A stretch of 64,000 nt of DNA from a virus (IMGVR_UViG_3300012020_000005:17460-81459), one strand, 5' to 3'; shown: positions 1-7,407, counted from the stretch's first letter. The notes: generated by a model from the sequence alone, not told the origin. Numbers and translations: made by a program.

Positions 1-110
1 GTTTGGGATTAAGTAAACCAAAATATTCGAGTACTCACGAATAAAAACAGGTACAAACTAATTTTTAAATTAATCACAGTTACCCAAATGTTTTGTAGTA
101 GCTGTTATAA
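1..110 (+). repeat. attC-like site S0 (left part outside window)
   Basis: TTTGGG/CCCAAA arm and GTTATAAGTAGCTTT core at 104-118, complementary to AAAGTTACTTATAAC at 582-596. Confidence 0.7.
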
Positions 111-122
111 GTAGCTTTTATT

Positions 123-353
123 ATGCTTACAATTAAATTACTAAAAGAATTGATTAAAGACGTTCCAGATGATGCTATATTTTCTTCAATGCGTTTTGGA
201 AATAATAACGAAATGGATTTTTTTGTTATTAAAAGAGCGTTATTAGTTGAAGGTAGTAGAAATAAGTTTTTTGTGTTAAACCAAATGGGGACACATTGGG
301 GAGAAAAATGGGAAAAAGGAGAATATAAAATAATTAAAACAATAGAAAAATGA
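123..353 (+). CDS. Hypothetical protein, cassette 1
   Basis: 76-aa ORF just after the GTT core, overlapping the next ORF (ATGA). Confidence 0.7.
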   Translation: MLTIKLLKELIKDVPDDAIFSSMRFGNNNEMDFFVIKRALLVEGSRNKFFVLNQMGTHWGEKWEKGEYKIIKTIEK

Positions 354-571
354 CACAAACAATAGAATGTAAATGTGGTAAAACTTTTGCCGCATCAGGA
401 GTTCCTTATTGCTACACAAATGAGCAATGGCAAGAAGATTTAAGAGAATACGTAAAACAAGGTTGTACAGTTTCTTTAGTTGAAGATGATAAAGTACAAT
501 TTCAACAATGTACTTGCAATGAATTAGATGAACTTAAAGGCATTTTCGACACCGTTGTTCTTTTGGAGTAG
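350..571 (+). CDS. Small Cys-rich hypothetical protein, cassette 1
   Basis: 73-aa ORF with CKC and CTC motifs; stop lies just before site S1. Confidence 0.7.
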   Translation: MTQTIECKCGKTFAASGVPYCYTNEQWQEDLREYVKQGCTVSLVEDDKVQFQQCTCNELDELKGIFDTVVLLE

Positions 572-589
572 CGATTGTCCTAAAGTTAC

Positions 590-721
590 TTATAACGTTA
601 AGGTGCTTTGCAATATGGCGGTTTCAAGGCACTGCACCTTCAATTTAGAACTAATGTTTAATCAAGGCACTAACACTGAATTTTGCACTTCACCCGCCAT
701 ATTGCAAAGCACGTGTTATAG
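590..721 (+). repeat. attC-like site S1
   Basis: TTATAAC...GTTATAG with a perfect 19-bp inverted repeat, GTGCTTTGCAATATGGCGG (603-621) / CCGCCATATTGCAAAGCAC (694-712). Confidence 0.9.
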
Positions 722-739
722 CCAGTTAATTTTAATCAA

Positions 740-952
740 ATGTCAAAATTAAATTTGTATCAAAGAAGAAAACAAGAGTGTGGTTATGTTCATGGGATGT
801 ACAAACCCGATAAAGCTGATTTTTATTTAATCAAGCAAAATGTAGATGAGTATCTAATTGCTTATTTTGATGGGGAGTTTTGGGAAAGTAAAGTAGATAG
901 GCTTATCTGTTGGAGAGAAATACCTAAATCGGATATTTTAGCTCCGTTTTAA
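740..952 (+). CDS. Hypothetical protein, cassette 2
   Basis: 70-aa ORF filling the space between S1 and S2. Confidence 0.7.
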   Translation: MSKLNLYQRRKQECGYVHGMYKPDKADFYLIKQNVDEYLIAYFDGEFWESKVDRLICWREIPKSDILAPF

Positions 953-956
953 TTGG

Positions 957-1050
957 CTATAACGTGATGCGTATATGAGAAGTGGCACTTGTAGAATGTT
1001 GAAATTTAGCACAAATGTTTATGTGCCATTTCTTATATACGCTGTTAGCA
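957..1050 (+). repeat. attC-like site S2
   Basis: CTATAAC...GTTAGCA; arms GCGTATATGAGAAGTGGCAC / GTGCCATTTCTTATATACGC (two G:T pairs). Confidence 0.9.
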
Positions 1051-1141
1051 GTAGTACGGATTTAAACCACAAATGCTCAATCAAAGAACTGAACCTTTTT
1101 CTTTTCTTTTTTGTGCGGTTGGAAAATAAAAAATTAAAAAT

Positions 1142-1963
1142 ATGATTGAGATAAATAAAAATTACAACGAAAGCAATTTAGAAACAATGGAGAAAATGCC
1201 TGATTGCTTTGTGGACTTAACGGTAACAAGCCCACCTTATGATGGATTAAGAACATATAATGGTTATTCATTCCCTTTTGAGGATATTGCAAATGAGTTA
1301 TTTAGAATTACAAAAGATGGTGGTGTATTAGTTTGGGTTGTTGGTGATGCAACTGTGAAAGGTAGTGAAAGTGGAACTAGTTTTAAACAAGCATTGTTTT
1401 TTAAAGAGGTAGGTTTTAATTTGCACGATACAATGATGTATAGAAAGATAAACTACATACCATTAACACATAATAGATATGAGCAGGAGTTTGAGTATAT
1501 GTTTATTTTTAGCAAAGGAAAGCCTAAAACCTTTAATCCAATAATGGTTGAATGTAAAACAAAAGGAAGTAAAACAAAAGGCAGAACATTTTACCAAACA
1601 AATAGCCAAAATAAACCAACAGAAGCGCACAAAAACGATGCCGTAAAAGAATACAAACAAAAAGGAAATGTATGGGAAATACCTACTAATGCAGGCACAA
1701 AAGGACACCCCGCACAATTCCCTGAGCAATTAGCTAACGACCATATTATATCATGGTCTAATGAAGGTGATTTAGTTTACGACCCATTCATGGGAAGCGG
1801 AACAACAGCAAAAATGAGTATCTTAAATAACCGTAATTGGATTGGAAGCGAAATATCTTCTGAATACTGCGATATTATTGAAGAACGAATTAAAAAAGCG
1901 TGGGAAGAAAAAAGAAAAGAAAAAGATTTAACGCAGAAAACTCTATTCGTAGATGGAATGTAG
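1142..1963 (+). CDS. DNA amino-methyltransferase (N4-C/N6-A, beta class), cassette 3
   Basis: Catalytic TSPPY near the N-terminus, HPAQFP, and SAM-binding DPFMGSGTT near the C-terminus. Confidence 0.92.
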   Translation: MIEINKNYNESNLETMEKMPDCFVDLTVTSPPYDGLRTYNGYSFPFEDIANELFRITKDGGVLVWVVGDATVKGSESGTSFKQALFFKEVGFNLHDTMMYRKINYIPLTHNRYEQEFEYMFIFSKGKPKTFNPIMVECKTKGSKTKGRTFYQTNSQNKPTEAHKNDAVKEYKQKGNVWEIPTNAGTKGHPAQFPEQLANDHIISWSNEGDLVYDPFMGSGTTAKMSILNNRNWIGSEISSEYCDIIEERIKKAWEEKRKEKDLTQKTLFVDGM

Positions 1964-1969
1964 TATTAC

Positions 1970-2102
1970 TGCTAACGGCACTTGGCTTGTGGTCAGGTGC
2001 GGAATTTGAAAAACAAAACTTAAAATATAGAACGAATGATGATAGTAGAACAAATGTTGAATAACGCACCAACCCCGCTATTGCATATAGCCGATGTTAG
2101 TG
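1970..2102 (+). repeat. attC-like site S3 (imperfect arms; loop holds the start of the next ORF)
   Basis: TGCTAAC...GTTAGTG; GGTGCG/CGCACC and GGCT/AGCC pairings. Confidence 0.8.
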
Positions 2103-2827
2103 GCAGTGCTTTGTTCAATGCTGATTGTATGGATATTTTACCTCTTATTCCTGATAAATCGGTTCAACTCATTTTGGCAGATTTGCCTTATGGAACTACT
2201 AATTTGAAATGGGATAGTGTGTTAGACCTAAACAAGTTGTGGCAAGAATACGAAAGAATAATTACTGATAATGGTGCAATAGTTTTAACAGCATCTCAGC
2301 CATTTACAACGGTTTTAATAAACTCAAATCCTGCATTATTCAAATATGAATGGATATGGTTAAAAGATAAACCAAACAACTTTGCACTTGCTAATAAAAT
2401 GCCAATGAAATATCACGAAAACGTGTTGGTTTTTTATAAAAAACTGCCAAAATACAATAAGCAAATGGAAAAACGAGATGGTGGTGGAAAAAGGTATAAA
2501 TATGCAGTAAACTATGAAAACCAACAAAGCGAACATTTAACGCTAAAAAATGGTGCAAAGTTTTTTGATATGGAATTTAAAAACCCATCAAGTGTGCAAA
2601 AATTCTCAACAGGGAGAAGGCAGGATTTAAAACACCCAACACAAAAACCGTTGGAAATGATGAAGTATTTTATTGCGACATATTCAGATGAAAACGATTA
2701 TGTTCTTGACAATACAATGGGAGTAGGAACAACTTGCGTAGGAGCAAAGGAGTTGAACCGAAAGTTTATCGGGATTGAAAAAGAGGTAAAATATTATGAC
2801 TTAGCAGTTGCTCGTGTGTTCGGGTAG
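2036..2827 (+). CDS. DNA amino-methyltransferase (beta class), cassette 4
   Basis: ADC, DLPYG, HPTQKP and DNTMGVGTT motifs; first 20 codons lie inside site S3. Confidence 0.92.
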   Translation: MMIVEQMLNNAPTPLLHIADVSGSALFNADCMDILPLIPDKSVQLILADLPYGTTNLKWDSVLDLNKLWQEYERIITDNGAIVLTASQPFTTVLINSNPALFKYEWIWLKDKPNNFALANKMPMKYHENVLVFYKKLPKYNKQMEKRDGGGKRYKYAVNYENQQSEHLTLKNGAKFFDMEFKNPSSVQKFSTGRRQDLKHPTQKPLEMMKYFIATYSDENDYVLDNTMGVGTTCVGAKELNRKFIGIEKEVKYYDLAVARVFG

Positions 2828-2833
2828 CATTGC

Positions 2834-2932
2834 CACTAACGTTTTGCGGCTTTGTGTCTGTTTGCCCCTTGCACATAGCTTCAATTTACCACAAATATTG
2901 ATGGGGCAAATAGCACAAAACCGCTGTTATAA
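2834..2932 (+). repeat. attC-like site S4
   Basis: CACTAAC...GTTATAA; arms GCGGCTTTGTGTCTGTTTGCCCC / GGGGCAAATAGCACAAAACCGC with one unpaired base. Confidence 0.9.
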
Positions 2933-3002
2933 GCTGGCTGCGGTTAATTAAACGAAAATATAAATACGAAGAACAAAACAACTTTTAATAAATTTTTAAG
3001 CG

Positions 3003-3536
3003 ATGGGAATAGATAAAATAGGAAATAAGAAAAACTCATTTACGAGTAATAGTATTGAATACAGCACACCTTTGGCGATAGTTCAGCCATTAATAAACGA
3101 ATTTGGAATAACAAAAGATGTGTGTGCAAGCCAAACAAACCATAAGTTACCTGACTATTGGAATAAAGAAGATAATGCTTTGACAAAGGATTGGATTGGT
3201 AACTGCTGGATGAACCCGCCATTTGATAGAAACTTGGCAAAGTGGGTAAGAAAAGCATCTGATGAAGCCGATAAAAATGGAGGAACAAAGGTTTGTTTGA
3301 TACCTGTTAGGAGTAATACTAAATGGTGGGCTGAACTATCAATAAAATCGGAAATTCGTTTTATCAATGGCGAAGTAAATTTCAATGATGAACCAAGAGG
3401 TTTATGGATGGGAATGTGTATAATCATATTCGGAGAAAAAGCTAAAAAAGGAACATTCAGTATTATTGATTACAGGAGCGTTGGCAAAAATTTATTAAAA
3501 GTTGAAACGGAATTGTCAAACGAAGCAGGAACGTAG
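3003..3536 (+). CDS. Phage Dam-type N6-adenine DNA methyltransferase, cassette 5
   Basis: STP...DVCA...WMNPPF...LIPVRSNTKWW...IRFING layout of short phage adenine MTases. Confidence 0.85.
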   Translation: MGIDKIGNKKNSFTSNSIEYSTPLAIVQPLINEFGITKDVCASQTNHKLPDYWNKEDNALTKDWIGNCWMNPPFDRNLAKWVRKASDEADKNGGTKVCLIPVRSNTKWWAELSIKSEIRFINGEVNFNDEPRGLWMGMCIIIFGEKAKKGTFSIIDYRSVGKNLLKVETELSNEAGT

Positions 3537-3544
3537 CAGATTGC

Positions 3545-3624
3545 TTATAATAGGCGCGCGCTTGGCGTCAGGCTTGTGAGCTTGCTCCAAGCGTGGAGTT
3601 GGGCGAAGGGCGCGCCTATTGGGC
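3545..3624 (+). repeat. Variant attC-like site S5 (AAT...ATT core, GC-rich)
   Basis: AATAGGCGCGC / GCGCGCCTATT perfect inverted repeat; C:G core pair replaced by T:A. Confidence 0.75.
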
Positions 3625-3644
3625 AAAGGTGCTGTGCGCCTTTT

Positions 3645-3777
3645 GCCCAACGGTTTGGGGCTTTACGTAGTGGGGGATTATACCCACAAAAGCCCAATAG
3701 AATTACAAAAGTATAATAAAAGCACAAAAGTATGATAGAAGAACAAAAGCCCCCATTACGTAAAACCCCTGTTAGTA
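3645..3777 (+). repeat. attC-like site S6
   Basis: GCCCAAC...GTTAGTA; arms GGGGCTTTACGTAGTGGGGG / CCCCCATTACGTAAAACCCC. Confidence 0.9.
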
Positions 3778-4397
3778 GCAGTACGGGTAATAGTGATTGG
3801 TCTGGCAACAAAAATTCAATTTATAAAACGCTTGGGGCTTCCAACCATACGGATAAGGAACGCCAAAGTGAAGATTATTACGCAACTGAACCGAAAGCAG
3901 TTGAATTGCTTTTAGATTTAGAGGACTTTTCACAACTATATGTTTGGGAATGTGCCTGTGGTCAAGGTCATTTATCGGAAGCAATGATAAAAAAAGGAAT
4001 AAAAGTAAATTCAAGTGATTTAGTTTTAAGAGGATATGATAAGGCTTATATGTATGATTTTTTAAGCGAAGAAAACAAAGAGTGGAAAGGTCATATTATT
4101 ACAAATCCACCTTATAAATTCGCAAAGGAATTTGTTTATAAAGCATTATCAATAGTTCCAAATGGTTGTAAAGTTGCAATGTTTCTAAAAGTTCAATTTT
4201 TAGAAGGTAAGGCACGAAAGAAACTATTTGAAATATATCCACCTAAAACTGTTTACGTTTCAAGCAGTCGTTTATTATGTGCCAAAAATGGCGAATTTGA
4301 ACAAATGATTGCTGGTGGTGGTTCGGCTGTTGCTTACGCTTGGTTCGTTTGGGAAAAAGGATTTAATGGTCAAACAGAATTACAATGGTTCAATTAG
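3732..4397 (+). CDS. DNA amino-methyltransferase (NPPY type), cassette 7
   Basis: DYYATEP, WECACGQGHLS and IITNPPY motifs; first 13 codons lie inside site S6. Confidence 0.85.
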   Translation: MIEEQKPPLRKTPVSSSTGNSDWSGNKNSIYKTLGASNHTDKERQSEDYYATEPKAVELLLDLEDFSQLYVWECACGQGHLSEAMIKKGIKVNSSDLVLRGYDKAYMYDFLSEENKEWKGHIITNPPYKFAKEFVYKALSIVPNGCKVAMFLKVQFLEGKARKKLFEIYPPKTVYVSSSRLLCAKNGEFEQMIAGGGSAVAYAWFVWEKGFNGQTELQWFN

Positions 4398-4416
4398 CAA
4401 CGAATGGTAGTATTGC

Positions 4417-4547
4417 TACTAACGGACGGCGATTGTCGTGGTTGGGATAAAACAAAGACTGATAATTAAATTTAAAACTAAACTGAAAAATGAAAACAAA
4501 TGTAAAAGTTAAAGACAAAACCCAATCACTACAATCGTATGTTAGTG
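4417..4547 (+). repeat. attC-like site S7
   Basis: TACTAAC...GTTAGTG; arms CGATTGTCGTGGTTGGG / CCCAATCACTACAATCG. Confidence 0.9.
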
Positions 4548-4975
4548 TTTCGGTTACGGCTTCCGAGTTGCGAATAGGGAATTTAGTACACTTTCCTTTT
4601 ACGGCAGAAAATGTAAAAGTATTAGGAATTAATGCTCGTGAATATAAATCTGAAATAATTCATACAATCTCTTTTGAAAAAGGAACGAATTTATATTGTG
4701 AAAAGCCTTCTGTATTAAAACCTATCCCATTGTCGAATGAATGGTTAGAAAAATTAGGATTTTATATTGTTTCTGATAATGAATATAAAACAAGATTTGA
4801 TATTCTAAAAGAAGGCAGAATTGATTTTATAAGAGTAAAACACGAATTGTGTGATTCTGGAGTTCGGTTTGAAGGAGCTATGTTGAAAGGAATTGATTAT
4901 GTACACCAATTGCAAAACTTCTATTTTATAATTACTGGCTCGGAATTGCAGATTGGTTCTATAACTGAACACTAA
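4490..4975 (+). CDS. Phage hypothetical protein (ELRIGN-type), cassette 8
   Basis: 161-aa ORF; starts in the S7 loop and its stop codon overlaps the next TAAC core. Confidence 0.75.
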   Translation: MKTNVKVKDKTQSLQSYVSVSVTASELRIGNLVHFPFTAENVKVLGINAREYKSEIIHTISFEKGTNLYCEKPSVLKPIPLSNEWLEKLGFYIVSDNEYKTRFDILKEGRIDFIRVKHELCDSGVRFEGAMLKGIDYVHQLQNFYFIITGSELQIGSITEH

Positions 4976-5024
4976 CGTTTTGCAGCTATGCGCTCGTTTT
5001 AATGGCGCATAGGTGCTGTTATGC
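4970..5024 (+). repeat. attC-like site S8 (shortest, 55 bp)
   Basis: CACTAAC...GTTATGC; arms GCAGCTATGCGC / GCGCATAGGTGC. Confidence 0.9.
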
Positions 5025-5085
5025 GCTGGCACGGTTGATTAAACGATAAACTTAAATTGAAACACAAAACAAAATTTTTATTAAA

Positions 5086-5304
5086 ATGAGCGAGGGTAAA
5101 AAAGCAAAAGAACTAATTGATAAGCACCGTAAATGGGTTAATCAAATTGATGGCAGTTACTCCGAAACAGAGTATGCTAAAAAAGCTGCGCTTATTACCG
5201 TTAATGAAATTCTTGAAGTAGAAAGCAAGAAAATGATAAACGGTGATGTGAATGAATATGATTATTGGGAACAAGTAAAAAAGAAAATAAATGGCAGTAT
5301 TTGA
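5086..5304 (+). CDS. Hypothetical protein, cassette 9
   Basis: 72-aa ORF overlapping the next gene. Confidence 0.7.
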   Translation: MSEGKKAKELIDKHRKWVNQIDGSYSETEYAKKAALITVNEILEVESKKMINGDVNEYDYWEQVKKKINGSI

Positions 5305-5812
5305 TAAAGAAAAATTGTTTGATGCAGAGAAGGTAAACAAAAGCCTTGAAAGCATTGTGTGGGGAACACCAACAGAGTTGTTTGCCCCGATTGATAAAGA
5401 GTTCAGATTTACACTTGACGTATGTGCAATATCAGAAAACGCAAAGTGTGAAAGGTTTTTTACACCACAAGATGACGGACTTGCCCAAAGTTGGGAGAAT
5501 GAAGTTTGCTGGTGTAATCCACCATACGGGAAAGATGTAGTAAAGTGGTGTAAAAAAGCATTACAGGAAAGTAAAAGAGGGGCAACAACGGTATTGCTGA
5601 TACCTTGCAAAACGAACACAAATTGGTGGCACGACTTTGTAATACCTTATGCTGAAATTCGTTTTTTGCGTGGCAGAGTGGCTTTTGTTTACCCTAACGG
5701 AGAGCAGAGCAAACAAGCATTACCGTGGCCGCTTGCTTTTGTCATTTATCGTGGGTCGGAAGATTTTAATAAAAATTTTGAACCGCAAACTCTTTTTGGA
5801 AACGAAATGTAG
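5291..5812 (+). CDS. Phage Dam-type N6-adenine DNA methyltransferase, cassette 9
   Basis: WGTP...FTLDVCA...DDGL...WCNPPY...TNTNWW...IRFLRGR. Confidence 0.88.
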   Translation: MAVFDKEKLFDAEKVNKSLESIVWGTPTELFAPIDKEFRFTLDVCAISENAKCERFFTPQDDGLAQSWENEVCWCNPPYGKDVVKWCKKALQESKRGATTVLLIPCKTNTNWWHDFVIPYAEIRFLRGRVAFVYPNGEQSKQALPWPLAFVIYRGSEDFNKNFEPQTLFGNEM

Positions 5813-5819
5813 TGCTTGC

Positions 5820-5950
5820 GTATAACGGCTACGGCTATGTGCAGTAGCGGATTTGAAACACAAAACTTAAAATTATGATACGAAGATTATTTGAAAAACT
5901 AAGGCTGATTAAACCACGTCAGCCGCACTTGCCACAAACCAATGTTAGTG
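5820..5950 (+). repeat. attC-like site S9 (imperfect arms; related to S3)
   Basis: GTATAAC...GTTAGTG; loop shares GCGGA(A)TTTGAAA(A/C)ACAAAACTTAAAA with S3. Confidence 0.8.
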
Positions 5951-6129
5951 GCAGTTTTAAAGAGTGGTATTTAGAATTTCGCAACGAAATGGCAAAATCT
6001 TTTGGTGTTAATTATAGCATTTCTATTGCAAGTTGGACTTTTAGTGAAAATCATAAACACTATTACGATAGGGGACTTACACCAAAAGAGGCAGTATTGG
6101 AATATGCAGCGTCAAAAAATTGCCACTAA
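5875..6129 (+). CDS. Hypothetical protein, cassette 10
   Basis: 84-aa ORF starting in the S9 loop; stop overlaps the TAAC core. Confidence 0.65.
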   Translation: MIRRLFEKLRLIKPRQPHLPQTNVSGSFKEWYLEFRNEMAKSFGVNYSISIASWTFSENHKHYYDRGLTPKEAVLEYAASKNCH

Positions 6130-6260
6130 CGGTTAGTATATGGAAAGTAGGCGATAGGAAGGTATGAACCAATGGAAGCCTAAACGACACACTAAAACAA
6201 GGACAAGAGCCTTGAAATGTTACCAAGTGTTTAGCCTATTTTTTATATACATTGTTATGT
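6124..6260 (+). repeat. attC-like site S10
   Basis: CACTAAC...GTTATGT; arms GTATATGGAAAGTAGGC / GCCTATTTTTTATATAC (three G:T pairs). Confidence 0.88.
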
Positions 6261-6365
6261 ACTGTATAGTGACTTTTAAGCAATAAACTTTAATTAAAGA
6301 ACGAAACTAAGTAATAATATTTTGTGCGGTGGCAAATTGCTGAGGCACGAAGCAAAACAAAGACA

Positions 6366-7340
6366 ATGATTAAACTATACAAAGGCGATTGCCTTATTGA
6401 AAGCGATAAAATAGAAAGTGGTAGTGTTGATTTGATATTAACTGATTTGCCATTTGGTACTTTAAAAGGTGCTACATTGACAAGTTCAAAAACAAGAAAC
6501 AATGAGTATTCTTGGGATAATATTATTGATACGAATAAAATTTATAAGATAGCAAACAGAATACTTAGGAAAAACGGTAAAATGTTATTGTTTTGTCAAG
6601 AGCCATTTACAACTGAATTGATAAACAAAGCAATACCAAATATACCTTTAAGTTATAGAGCAATATGGGAAAAGAATGATTTTGCAAATTGTTTGTTTGC
6701 AAAAAAAGCAATGGTAAATTTTTACGAAGATATTCTAGTTTTTAGCAAAAATGAAGATACAGAAAAAGCACACCCTTTGAGAGAGTATTTTTATACTGAA
6801 TACGAAAAAACAGGTTTGACCTATAAAGAAATAAACAGAGATTATTTAGAAACCACTTTTGAAGGTGGCGGTGGAATGGCTTACAATATGCTTTGTAGAA
6901 CACGTTTGTATTTTAGTATGCCAACAGAAGAGGCTTATAGTAGATTGCAGAAAACTGGATATTTTAAAAAGCCTTATGAAGAGCTTAAAATAGAAGACGA
7001 AGCGTTTAAAAACAAAATGAAAAGCACATTTAACCTTTGGGAAGGTAAAAAATACAAAAGTAATATACTTAAATACAAAAAAGATTATGATGGCTACCAC
7101 CCAACGCAAAAGCCAGTTTTATTGTTAGAGGACTTAATAAAAACTTTTAGCAACGAAAATGATTTAGTAGTTGATTTAACTATGGGTTCTGGTAGCACTA
7201 TGGTAGCCTGCAAAAACACCAATAGAAACGGAATAGGTATTGAAATGAATGACGAGTATTTTAGTATTGCTGAGAAAAGGGTGGAAAAAAATATTATTAC
7301 GACTGGTGAGCAAACAAGTATATTAGACGAACTGAACTAA
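6366..7340 (+). CDS. DNA amino-methyltransferase (beta class) with internal insertion, cassette 11
   Basis: GDC, DLPFG, HPTQKP and DLTMGSGST motifs; likely start ATG 6366 (MIKLYKGDCL), although the ORF track begins at 6324. Confidence 0.9.
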   Translation: MIKLYKGDCLIESDKIESGSVDLILTDLPFGTLKGATLTSSKTRNNEYSWDNIIDTNKIYKIANRILRKNGKMLLFCQEPFTTELINKAIPNIPLSYRAIWEKNDFANCLFAKKAMVNFYEDILVFSKNEDTEKAHPLREYFYTEYEKTGLTYKEINRDYLETTFEGGGGMAYNMLCRTRLYFSMPTEEAYSRLQKTGYFKKPYEELKIEDEAFKNKMKSTFNLWEGKKYKSNILKYKKDYDGYHPTQKPVLLLEDLIKTFSNENDLVVDLTMGSGSTMVACKNTNRNGIGIEMNDEYFSIAEKRVEKNIITTGEQTSILDELN

Positions 7341-7341
7341 G

Positions 7342-7357
7342 CTATATTGTACATAAC
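7342..7357 (+). repeat. Terminal half-site of the cassette array (no hairpin follows)
   Basis: CTATATTGTACATAAC, complementary to GTTATGTACTGTATAG at 6254-6269. Confidence 0.75.
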
Positions 7358-7407
7358 TATTTACTAAGCGTTACTAAAGAGGTAAAACACTAATAAAATT
7401 AAGACTT

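Larger units (their letters stand above)
1..7357 (+). mobile_element. Integron-like gene cassette array (11 cassettes, no integrase in window; extends beyond window start)
   Basis: Ten complete intergenic hairpins bounded by xxxxAAC and GTTxxxx, one partial at the window start and one terminal half-site. Each cassette's 5' end is complementary to its own 3' end. Confidence 0.85.

Noticed and set aside
590-6260. Intergenic hairpins as a CRISPR array or simple terminators
   Set aside because: Units are not identical direct repeats and are separated by whole genes. Loops are up to ~70 nt, there are no consistent U-tracts, and four hairpins are translated through.
590-6260. Hairpins as MITE/REP insertions
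   Set aside because: No target-site duplications, and MITEs would not explain why flanks at opposite ends of each gene are complementary.
1142-7340. Restriction-modification operon
   Set aside because: No recognisable endonuclease or specificity subunit beside any methyltransferase.
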